Assembly (NCBI GenBank): GCA_037143835.1
Contig: JBAWXY010000002.1
Span: forward strand, 1 to 40,360
Length of the DNA: 40,360 nucleotides
Direction of reading: 5' to 3'
DNA from: Bacteroidota bacterium
GTDB taxonomy: Bacteria > Bacteroidota > Bacteroidia > Bacteroidales > VadinHA17
Part shown: in pieces, positions 1-7,805 of the stretch
Position numbering within the stretch: the stretch's first letter is position 1
How the letters are laid out: each line of letters opens with the position of its first letter
Notes under the pieces: model-generated
Told to the model about the DNA's origin: nothing
What the model saw: the letters and a program-made list of their open reading frames with translations, nothing else
The model's database searches: none
Position numbers and translations under genes: made by a program

Positions 1-5
1 TTATT

Positions 6-31
6 AAGGCCGGCCGCAAAAGGCCGGCCTT
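6..31. terminator. GC-rich hairpin, probable intrinsic terminator of a gene left of the window (strand unresolved)
   Basis: Perfect 10-bp stem AAGGCCGGCC / GGCCGGCCTT with 6-nt loop GCAAAA. A/T-rich flanks on both sides. Lies 26 nt before the first ORF. Confidence 0.4.
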
Positions 32-57
32 TAATATTATTACCAAAAATCCAGGCT

Positions 58-1272
58 ATGTTACGATTCCGTTTATATATAATGATGTTCTTTCAGTACC
101 TGATGTATGCCGTCTGGTGGGTTCCTCTTGCCGCTTATCTTACCAATATGGATGTTGCCAGTACACAGAAAGCATTCATCCTGAGTTCGATGGCCATCGG
201 GTGTATTGCATCACCAATAATCGGAATGCTGGCTGACCGGTATTTCCCCGGTCAGAAAGTCCTTTTTGTTTTGAATGTTCTCAATAGCCTGCTCCTTCTT
301 TGGGCTGCAAATACCGGCAATCCCGATCTGCTTTTTGTAATATTGTTATTTACAATGTTATTTTACATGCCTACATGGGGCCTCACAAGCGCTATTGCCA
401 TGTCTCATTCTCCTTCAGAAGATTTTCCGAAAGTCAGGGTGTTTGGATCAATAGGATGGGTAGCTTCCGGGCTCTTCAGTGTGATTGTTGTTAAGCTGTT
501 TCACCTCAATTTTGACGGAACAAATCTTCCTTTCTATTTTGGCGCAGGGATAGGACTCGTTGCAGCATTATTAAACCTTACTTTACCCGATACACCTCCG
601 GCAGGAAAAGGTAAAAAAGGCTCACTCATTGATGCTTTCGGATTAGGAACAGTTCAACTTATGAAAGAGAGAAACTTTGCAATGTTCATTATTTTCTCAT
701 TTCTTTCCATGATCCCGTTTGCAATGTATTTTTCCTATTTTTCTGAATTTCTGTTGAATATAAAGACTCAATATATCACGGTCACAATGAACTGGGGTGT
801 GCTTGCAGAGATGGGATTCATGTTGCTTATCCCTATTACCATAAAGAAATTCGGCTTACGCAAGGTGATGATACTTGGATTGTTTGCCCTGATAATACGA
901 TATGTTTCATTATACCTTGGTGGTGTTGTTAACCAGCAATGGTTGTTCTATCTCGGTATTCTTGTACATGGATTGATCTTCGGATTCTTCTATGTCGGCG
1001 GTCAGATATATATTGATAAAAAGACTCCCCATGAACTCAAATCACAGGGCCAGGGATTTATATTCCTGGTTACATTCGGGTTAGGCTTGTTAGCAGGAAA
1101 TCTGATTGATGGAAAAATAATAAGTCTCTTTCATGATAATTCAACCGGTGTCAGAATATACGACTGGGATAGTATCTGGGGATTAACATCAATATTCTCA
1201 ATTATTCTGTTAGTCGCATTTGTTACCATGTTTAAAGATGATATTCCGGAAAAGACGCCCACAACTCCTTGA
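58..1272 (+). CDS. MFS transporter, nucleoside:H+ symporter (NupG/XapB/YegT-like) family
   Basis: 404-aa ORF that is hydrophobic throughout (about 12 TM helices). The blocks FFQYLMYAVWWVPLAAYL, GMLADRY, YMPTWGL and FPKVRVFGSIGW parallel the E. coli NupG family as I remember it. Confidence 0.75.
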   Translation: MLRFRLYIMMFFQYLMYAVWWVPLAAYLTNMDVASTQKAFILSSMAIGCIASPIIGMLADRYFPGQKVLFVLNVLNSLLLLWAANTGNPDLLFVILLFTMLFYMPTWGLTSAIAMSHSPSEDFPKVRVFGSIGWVASGLFSVIVVKLFHLNFDGTNLPFYFGAGIGLVAALLNLTLPDTPPAGKGKKGSLIDAFGLGTVQLMKERNFAMFIIFSFLSMIPFAMYFSYFSEFLLNIKTQYITVTMNWGVLAEMGFMLLIPITIKKFGLRKVMILGLFALIIRYVSLYLGGVVNQQWLFYLGILVHGLIFGFFYVGGQIYIDKKTPHELKSQGQGFIFLVTFGLGLLAGNLIDGKIISLFHDNSTGVRIYDWDSIWGLTSIFSIILLVAFVTMFKDDIPEKTPTTP

Positions 1273-1277
1273 TTTAT

Positions 1278-1381
1278 TGCCTCATTCCCCTGCCCCCTTC
1301 TCCTGAAAGAGAAGGGGGTAAAAAGAAGATAATCAATTATATAAGTCCCTCTCCTTCAGGAGAGGGATTTAGGGTGAGGTA
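1278..1381 (+). repeat. Copy 1 of a ~105-nt double-hairpin intergenic repeat bounded by terminal inverted repeats (REP/MITE-like)
   Basis: Layout: TGCCTCATTCCCCTG, then hairpin CCCCCTTCTC-ctgaaa-GAGAAGGGGG, an A-rich spacer, hairpin TCCCTCTCC-ttca-GGAGAGGGA, then TTTAGGGTGAGGTA. Aligns with 4933-5035 (reverse complement) and 9637-9743. Lies between two convergent genes. Confidence 0.85.
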
Positions 1382-1406
1382 AAAAAAGAAGGGTTGGGAA
1401 GTAAAC

Positions 1407-3182
1407 CTACCTGTAAAACGCATAATACCAGAATGTATTCCCGAATTGCCTCCTCAATGCAGGTTCCGCGGCTTTCGGATCGGTCCCGTATTGTTGAAAT
1501 ACAGTGAGAAACTGTTCCCACCGGAGTTCAGTATTATTATTTATCTGAATATTTCCAGACTCTGGTAATTTCCCCATATTGAATACTGAAAGAGCTACTG
1601 CTGCCTCTTCAATATGTACCGGTAATTTTGTAAACCCAAGACTCGTAAACTTTGGTATTTCATTTGCAATTCCCTGGTAATCTTTCTTCAATAACATAAA
1701 GGCCAACTTGTACTCAAACGCCTTTCTGTTCAATGAATCAGTTGCAAGGATTCTTTCAATATTAATGTATGGGTCGTCTGTAATCGAGAAAAAATCCGTT
1801 TCTAACCTGTTATGTCTCATTTCTCCAAGCTCCCGGTCAGCACTTATGGCAGCATCATTAAATAAGAGTTTTTCAAATGCGTTGGCTTCCTTTTTATAAA
1901 AAGCAGTTTTCTTTAATAAGGTTATATATTTGGATGCCACCAAGTAATTGCCATTAATTAATTCAGTCCTGATAAGCATTTTTAATCCTTCGGGTGAATG
2001 TCCTTTCATTACCATATTCTCGAAAGCCCAGCGATGGGCCTCATTCACCATACCTATTGTGTAATAAAAATAGCCTCCCCGTTTGAGTACCTCCCCAAGC
2101 ATCTCCCATTTAAGAAAGAGAGTTTTGCCATCCGGACTTTGCGGGGAATGGAAAAGCAGATCATTAAGCTTATCTGTTTCACAAAGTGCAATATTATTCA
2201 AAAAGATAGTTAATGAATTAGTCGAAGGATTAGCTGTATTGAAAGCAATTACTTCATTAAACTTATTCTGATAAAACAGTTTCTCCACATGGAAGTATCG
2301 ACTGGTTTTTTTATCAAACCTTTGTACCCCGATGCTGATTAGTATTATACCCAACATGATTGTTGTGATAAGCCCCCCAGCGAGTTCTGAGACTCTCATT
2401 TTTCGGGGCAAACTGAACCTGATTCTGGCGATTGCCGGCAGTAATGAAAGAATACCTGCAACGGATAGGAAGAGTTTTGTTTGAGATCCGGTATTTAGTT
2501 CTGTAAACGGGAATGTAAGAAGAGTTTTCCCGGTTTGAAAAAAGAGAAATTCTTTCGAGAAATAGAAAATCAGAAGGTTCAGGCACCACAATGCAATAAT
2601 TTTGGTCCATCCACTTTTCCCTTTATAAAAAACAAAATAGAAAGTCAGTAATATTGAAAAAACCAATGTAAAACCACCTGTAGCAAAATACCAGAGAGGA
2701 ATTATTATGACAGGAATCCATCCTTTCAGAGAGGTTAAGTATCTTATTGTTACGTAGAAAAGGGCCAGTTGAAGTAACAGCCCGAGATTATTATATATCA
2801 GAAACCGGTAATCAGTTTGCAGATAGAAAAGGGCTATTCCGATTATAAATGGGACAATCTTTGCATTATTCCCGGTTAAAAATCTGATGATATTTGAAGC
2901 TGTCGATACAATCAGTGTAAGGATAACTGTAACAATCAGAGCACCTGTAAGCGGGTAATAAAAGAATGTTGAAAAAAATTTACCCAGGTAAATAAGAAGA
3001 CCACCGGGCTTGTGAAGGTTCTCAATCAGGAAGTCATACGAAAAAATGAAGAGAGAGGATTTCTCCTGGTAAAATAAAATGTAATCAACAAAAAATCCAA
3101 AATATATGAATGAAGCAATAAAAAATACCAGATAAGGTAACCAGGGAAAGAGAAGGTTATTATTTGTCTTAATTCGATTCAT
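1407..3182 (-). CDS. Uncharacterised polytopic inner-membrane protein with a large soluble C-terminal helical-repeat domain (possibly DUF6057-like)
   Basis: 591-aa ORF. About 10 hydrophobic helices in the first ~290 aa, and the last ~300 aa are soluble and TPR-like/helical. No catalytic motif recognised. Length and architecture fit my recollection of the Bacteroidota DUF6057 family (not verified). Confidence 0.55.
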   Translation of the reverse strand: MNRIKTNNNLLFPWLPYLVFFIASFIYFGFFVDYILFYQEKSSLFIFSYDFLIENLHKPGGLLIYLGKFFSTFFYYPLTGALIVTVILTLIVSTASNIIRFLTGNNAKIVPFIIGIALFYLQTDYRFLIYNNLGLLLQLALFYVTIRYLTSLKGWIPVIIIPLWYFATGGFTLVFSILLTFYFVFYKGKSGWTKIIALWCLNLLIFYFSKEFLFFQTGKTLLTFPFTELNTGSQTKLFLSVAGILSLLPAIARIRFSLPRKMRVSELAGGLITTIMLGIILISIGVQRFDKKTSRYFHVEKLFYQNKFNEVIAFNTANPSTNSLTIFLNNIALCETDKLNDLLFHSPQSPDGKTLFLKWEMLGEVLKRGGYFYYTIGMVNEAHRWAFENMVMKGHSPEGLKMLIRTELINGNYLVASKYITLLKKTAFYKKEANAFEKLLFNDAAISADRELGEMRHNRLETDFFSITDDPYINIERILATDSLNRKAFEYKLAFMLLKKDYQGIANEIPKFTSLGFTKLPVHIEEAAVALSVFNMGKLPESGNIQINNNTELRWEQFLTVFQQYGTDPKAAEPALRRQFGNTFWYYAFYR

Positions 3183-3303
3183 CTATTATTTTTTGAATAT
3201 TGGGTTTGATAAATATAGCCAGAAATTTTTTACTAATGATACTTATTATGGGATTTACTTAAAGTGCAGATTATGGACTAAAGTCCACAAACGTCTCATT
3301 ATC

Positions 3304-3333
3304 AATAACCCCGGGCTTAAGCCCGGGGTTATT
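3304..3333. terminator. Strong palindromic hairpin between the two minus-strand genes, possible terminator of the propeller gene
   Basis: AATAACCCCGGGC-ttaa-GCCCGGGGTTATT is a perfect 13-bp stem. No clean U-tract on either strand. A weaker related hairpin GGGCtttaGCCC follows at about 3350-3361. Confidence 0.4.
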
Positions 3334-3426
3334 AAACATCCTGAAAACCGGGCTTTAGCCCTTAATTCTTCTTTATTAATCACTTCTGATACTCATTTCC
3401 TATTTTATGAATTAATAAGCCAGGAA

Positions 3427-4914
3427 TTAGTTCATATGCCATTTAGCCTGAGTTGCTTCAGTTTTAGCAAGTTTCCGTATATCCCCCGGATTCAAATCAA
3501 TTTTAACAGTTGAAAATTCAGGTATATTAAAGCTTTTAAGAAACCGGTTGTAAAATTCCGGATCCTCCTGTGGCAGAATAAATGGTTTATCGGAGACCCC
3601 GTTTTCTTCAATATATGAAATGTATGGTCTGGTCGTTAACCCATCACCACGCTTACTGCTGAATACCAGCCATCTGCCATTCGAAGACCATGAATGATAA
3701 CTGTCGGTAAAATTACTATTAAGGTCGAGCCGGGCCGCTTTGAAATTCTCAAGGTCGATTGAATAAAGGTCGGCCTCTTTGTGCCAGATCGGGAAACAAC
3801 CGTAATCGGACATCGTAAGAACAAGAAATCTGCCATTTGGGGAGATTCTCGGAAATGAAATACTTTTATTTAATTGTGCTGCATCAAAAACCAGTTCATC
3901 CTCTCTGAAGGATCGTTTGCTGATATCAAATGAAACACGGTATAAATTGTATTTAATCTGTTTGTAATCATACTGTTCACCAATCTGAGCGGCCCTGCAG
4001 AAATAGAGATACTTCCCGTCAGGCGACCATTCCGGGTATGTATCCATGAACTTATCTTTATTGGCCAGTTCAATATTCATTATCTCGTTTTTCTCCACAT
4101 CATAAAGAACAAGCGACGATTCCAGGTCGCTCACTTCAACCTTCTTATTATCGGCAGCATGAAAACGCTGAATGATTTTATTGGAAGAAAAAGCAACAAA
4201 TTTGCCGGAAGGATGCCAGCGGGGGTAAACGGCACCATTCTTCATCTCTTTGGTTTTCAGGTTTATCTTACTGAATTCTCCCCCGGAATAAAAATAAGTC
4301 CCGCCCATAGTGCCTCTCATATGAAAAAGAAAATCATCAGTTTTTTCGTTATTAAATGAGTGGCAGTTAATACAATTCTCATCAACAACACTGTTTTCGA
4401 TTAATGACTGTGCCTTAAAGTTCTCAAGATTACGCCGGTTAATGCTCAATTCGGCCCAGCTTTCATAACCTGGATACAGAAGCCTATAATACAGATAAGG
4501 ATCAATAGGTTCCGGGGCAACCTTATTGGTAATTGTTTTAAATTTTAACCACTTACCCTGCTTATCCTTTGAAAAGATATCGACTTTAAACTCTTTACCT
4601 GTATTGTTTTGTAGCATTTTCCTCCATTTTTTTTGAGGAATCCTGATTTCCCCTTTTCTGGAATAAACTTCAATTTCCGTTCCTGTAACGGAGGAAAATT
4701 TTACAAAATATGCTGACCCATTCTCTTTAATTATAAAGTTCAACGGGGCGATATTCGGAGGTATCGTAACTTCAGAATAATCAGGTTCCAGTTTTGGTGC
4801 CAGATCTGAAACAGCCACATCGCCATTTGGCCTGCTGCCACAACTATACAAAAATATAAGCATGATCAGATATAGCTGGTATTTTGAAAGATATGTTTCC
4901 CTAAAATTTACCAT
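3427..4914 (-). CDS. Lipoprotein with a TolB-like (PD40/WD40-like) beta-propeller and a single CXXCH haem-c binding motif
   Basis: 495-aa ORF. Signal peptide with lipobox FLYSC (Cys25). CINCH at residues 181-185 (nt 4360-4374). Repeated PD40-type motifs: HPSGKFVAFSS, PEWSPDGKYLYF, PRISPNGRFLVL, HSWSSNGRWLVFSS. Confidence 0.65.
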   Translation of the reverse strand: MVNFRETYLSKYQLYLIMLIFLYSCGSRPNGDVAVSDLAPKLEPDYSEVTIPPNIAPLNFIIKENGSAYFVKFSSVTGTEIEVYSRKGEIRIPQKKWRKMLQNNTGKEFKVDIFSKDKQGKWLKFKTITNKVAPEPIDPYLYYRLLYPGYESWAELSINRRNLENFKAQSLIENSVVDENCINCHSFNNEKTDDFLFHMRGTMGGTYFYSGGEFSKINLKTKEMKNGAVYPRWHPSGKFVAFSSNKIIQRFHAADNKKVEVSDLESSLVLYDVEKNEIMNIELANKDKFMDTYPEWSPDGKYLYFCRAAQIGEQYDYKQIKYNLYRVSFDISKRSFREDELVFDAAQLNKSISFPRISPNGRFLVLTMSDYGCFPIWHKEADLYSIDLENFKAARLDLNSNFTDSYHSWSSNGRWLVFSSKRGDGLTTRPYISYIEENGVSDKPFILPQEDPEFYNRFLKSFNIPEFSTVKIDLNPGDIRKLAKTEATQAKWHMN

Positions 4915-4932
4915 TGGTATTTGATTCTAAAG

Positions 4933-5035
4933 ACCTCTCCCTAAATCCCTCCCCCGGGGGGGAGGGACTTAAACTTTTGATTATCATTTTCTTACCCCCT
5001 TCTCTCTTGGGAGAAGGGGGCAGGGGGATGAGGTA
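4933..5035 (-). repeat. Copy 2 of the double-hairpin repeat, inverted relative to copies 1 and 3
   Basis: The reverse complement reads TACCTCATCCCCCTG, CCCCCTTCTC-ccaaga-GAGAAGGGGG, spacer, TCCCTCCCC..GGGGAGGGA, TTTAGGGAGAGGT. Ends 18 nt upstream of the start codon of the 3427-4914 gene. Confidence 0.85.
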
Positions 5036-5192
5036 GATTATTACTTGTGAAAAGTAGTAAAAAAAGCTATCATTTACCACTTGCTTTCCGGTTTTAAAAG
5101 AGAAACAGTGAAGCACAGATTAAATAGTCATCCTGATTAAGTTAAAAAATATTAAAAGGGGTTAAATATTTGCTTATTTGAAAGCCTTTATT

Positions 5193-5200
5193 TACATTTG
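5193..5200 (+). promoter_or_regulatory. Candidate Bacteroidota sigma-A -7 box (TAnnTTTG)
   Basis: TACATTTG lies 64 nt upstream of the ATG at 5264. This is a motif match only. Confidence 0.35.
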
Positions 5201-5263
5201 GTTATATTCAAAAACTAACTTGCGGTATTAAGTTTTTATCAGTTTTTATTAATCTAATCTAAT

Positions 5264-6688
5264 ATGAAAAAATCAAGTATTTCAAGACGTAATTTTCTGG
5301 GCAAAGCAGCAACGGTTGGAGTTGCCGGGGTAATAGTTCCCTCAATCATAACCAGTTGTGCCCGCGAAACAAAAAAAGTAGTTGCCGTTCCTAATTTCCT
5401 TGATCAGGCACCAGACGGACCGGTTCTTAAGGCCGGTGTTATTGGTTGCGGAGGTCGTGGAACAGGCGCTGCAATTAACTTTCTGAGTGCCGGACCAAGC
5501 CTTCAGATTGTAGCTTTGGGTGACACATTTCAGGACCGTGTTGATTCCTGCAGAGCGAGGATTTTAAAAGAAAAAGGACAGGATGTTCCTCTTGATAAGT
5601 GTTTCGTAGGCTTCGATGCATATCAGAAGGTAATTGACGCCGGCGTGGATATTATTATTCTTGCAACACCTCCATTCTTCCGTCCTGATCATTTAGCTGC
5701 TGCAGTGCAGGCTAAAAAGCACATCTTTTCAGAAAAACCTGTTTGTGTTGACCCAACCGGAGCAAGATCAGTTATGGCTACTGCTCAGAAAGCAAAAGGA
5801 TTGGAACTGAATATAGTTACAGGTACTCAACGTCGTCACCAGCGCGACTATGTTGCCAACTGGCAGCAGGTATCCCAGGGTCTTATGGGCGATATCGTTG
5901 GTGGGAATGTTTACTGGAATGGCGGTAAACTATGGCATCGTGAGAATGATCCAACCTGGACCGAAATGGAATGGATGATCCGCGACTGGGTTAACTGGAC
6001 ATGGCTTTCAGGTGACCATATTGTGGAACAGCATGTTCATAATCTCGACGTAATGAACTGGTTCACCGGCTCACATCCTGTTAAAGCAGTAGGGATGGGC
6101 TCCAGGTTACGTCGCGTAACGGGTGACCAGTATGATAATTTCAGTGTTGATTATACTTTTGAAAATGGAACTCACGTACATAGTATGTGCCGCCAGATTA
6201 ACGGTACTACCCCTAATGTTTCCGAAAGACTCCAGGGATCAAAAGGTTCGACCAATTGTCAGAACACTATCCTTGATCTGGCCGGAACTGAAGTTTGGAA
6301 ATATCAATATCCGTTGGATAAAGAAGGCAAACCAACCAGACGCGTAAGTGTTGATCCTTATGTCCAGGAGCATATTGACCTTGTAACTTTTATACGTACC
6401 GGGCAGGTATTTAATGAACTTGAAAATACTGCTATTTCAACAATGACTGCAATAATGGGCCGTATTTCAGCTTATACAGGCAAGGAGACTACTTATGAAG
6501 AGATGATGAACTCCGACCTCAAACTCGGACCAAAAGTATTTGAGTTTGGTCCTGTTGATATTGACAAAACAGTACCAATAGCCGGTCTTGCTTATGATGC
6601 AGAAGCAGAAAAAGCAAGAGCAGTAGAGAGAGAAGCCGCGAGAGCCGCCAGAGCTGCCGAAGCTGCTAAACCTGCAGCAACCAAATAG
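5264..6688 (+). CDS. Tat-exported Gfo/Idh/MocA family NAD(P)-dependent oxidoreductase (possibly lipid-anchored)
   Basis: 474-aa ORF. Twin-arginine motif SRRNFLGK followed by a hydrophobic stretch and IITSC. Rossmann motif VIGCGGRGTGAA. Typical Gfo/Idh/MocA C-terminal block GDHIVEQHVHNLDVMNWF. Unusual Ala/Glu/Arg-rich C-terminal tail. Confidence 0.8.
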   Translation: MKKSSISRRNFLGKAATVGVAGVIVPSIITSCARETKKVVAVPNFLDQAPDGPVLKAGVIGCGGRGTGAAINFLSAGPSLQIVALGDTFQDRVDSCRARILKEKGQDVPLDKCFVGFDAYQKVIDAGVDIIILATPPFFRPDHLAAAVQAKKHIFSEKPVCVDPTGARSVMATAQKAKGLELNIVTGTQRRHQRDYVANWQQVSQGLMGDIVGGNVYWNGGKLWHRENDPTWTEMEWMIRDWVNWTWLSGDHIVEQHVHNLDVMNWFTGSHPVKAVGMGSRLRRVTGDQYDNFSVDYTFENGTHVHSMCRQINGTTPNVSERLQGSKGSTNCQNTILDLAGTEVWKYQYPLDKEGKPTRRVSVDPYVQEHIDLVTFIRTGQVFNELENTAISTMTAIMGRISAYTGKETTYEEMMNSDLKLGPKVFEFGPVDIDKTVPIAGLAYDAEAEKARAVEREAARAARAAEAAKPAATK

Positions 6689-6721
6689 AGGTTAAATCCA
6701 CTTTAATTAATCATATTTAAT

Positions 6722-7669
6722 ATGGATTACTCAAGGAGGAATTTTATAAAGAATGCCACTGCTACAGGAGCCGCTATTTTAGCTGCTCCTGCAGTTTTTG
6801 GTTCATCTTCGGCTTCAAAACAACAAAAGGCTTCAGATGCTGTAACTCCATTTAAGCTTAAGTACGCTCCGGGACTGGGGATGTTTCGTCAGAATGCCGG
6901 ACAGGATCCTATAGATAACATTAAATTCTGTCACGATCAGGGATTCAGGGCAATGTTCGACAATGGCCTTCCCGGAAGGGACCCGGAACTCCAGGTGAAA
7001 ATTGCTGCCGAAATAACCAGGCTGGGAATGGAACTTGGTCCATATGTTCTTCGGGGAGATCCAAGAATTCCTGATTTTGTACTGAATAAACAGGAAATTC
7101 GGGATATGCTTGCTGAGGTTATGAAAAAAAGCATTGAAGTGTCTAAAAGGACAGGTGTAAAACAAGCCCTGATAGTTCTGGGAAGATATGATGAGAAACT
7201 CCACATTGATTATCAGACTGCAAATGCAATCGACAATCTTAGATATTGTTGTGATATAGTTGAACCTGAGGGCATAACGTTGGTTCTTGAACCCTTGAAT
7301 AACCTCATTAATCACCCTGGTCTCTTTCTTACAAGAATACCTCAGGCCTATGCAATTTGCAGGGCAGTGAACAGGCCTTCGTGCAAAATCCTTGATGATC
7401 TTTACCATCAGCAGATATCTGAAGGTAATCTGATCCCTAACATTGAAGCTGCATGGAGTGAAATCGGCGCTTTCCACCTCGGAGACTCTCCGGGCCGTAA
7501 TGAACCCACAACAGGTGAGATAAACTACAAGAATATCTTTAAGTACCTCTATAAGAAAAAGTATAACGGCACCCTTTGTATGGAACACGGAGTCAGCAAC
7601 AGAGGAACCAAGGAAGGTGAATTAAGAGTAATACAGGCTTACCGCGAGTGCGATAGCTTTGAAGCGTAA
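6722..7669 (+). CDS. Tat-exported xylose-isomerase-like TIM-barrel protein, hydroxypyruvate isomerase (Hyi/OtnI-like) family
   Basis: 315-aa ORF. Twin-arginine motif SRRNFIKN. The blocks LVLEPLN, DDLYHQQISEGNL, GAFHLGDSPGRNEPTTGEINY and CMEHG match the Hyi-type sugar isomerase/epimerase fold family. Confidence 0.75.
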   Translation: MDYSRRNFIKNATATGAAILAAPAVFGSSSASKQQKASDAVTPFKLKYAPGLGMFRQNAGQDPIDNIKFCHDQGFRAMFDNGLPGRDPELQVKIAAEITRLGMELGPYVLRGDPRIPDFVLNKQEIRDMLAEVMKKSIEVSKRTGVKQALIVLGRYDEKLHIDYQTANAIDNLRYCCDIVEPEGITLVLEPLNNLINHPGLFLTRIPQAYAICRAVNRPSCKILDDLYHQQISEGNLIPNIEAAWSEIGAFHLGDSPGRNEPTTGEINYKNIFKYLYKKKYNGTLCMEHGVSNRGTKEGELRVIQAYRECDSFEA

Positions 7670-7805
7670 TAAGATTAGGGGAAGGTATTTTAAACAACTC
7701 TCTGAAAATTTAATACTTTAAACAACGGAGTTACATTGAGTAACACGGAGTTGAACTCTGTGAAACTCGAGGTAAATTTTTTATTTAAATCCATGAACAT
7801 CCAAA

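Noticed and set aside
3193-3513. A 106-aa plus-strand ORF in the gap between the two minus-strand genes
   Set aside because: It spans the palindromic hairpin and then overlaps the 3' end of the propeller gene in antisense. It has no motif and no promoter-like context.
4901-5116. A 71-aa ORF overlapping the start of the propeller gene and running through repeat copy 2
   Set aside because: Its translation (PSPKREGGKK..PSPPGEGFRERS) is just the GC-rich hairpins of the repeat read as protein. Similar peptides would arise from any copy of the repeat.
6833-7588. A 251-aa ORF on the minus strand, antisense to the TIM-barrel gene
   Set aside because: It lies entirely inside a plus-strand gene with clear family motifs and a Tat signal. 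The antisense translation has no recognisable motif and an odd composition (rich in Ile, Phe, Lys, Cys and Arg). It is treated as a shadow ORF.
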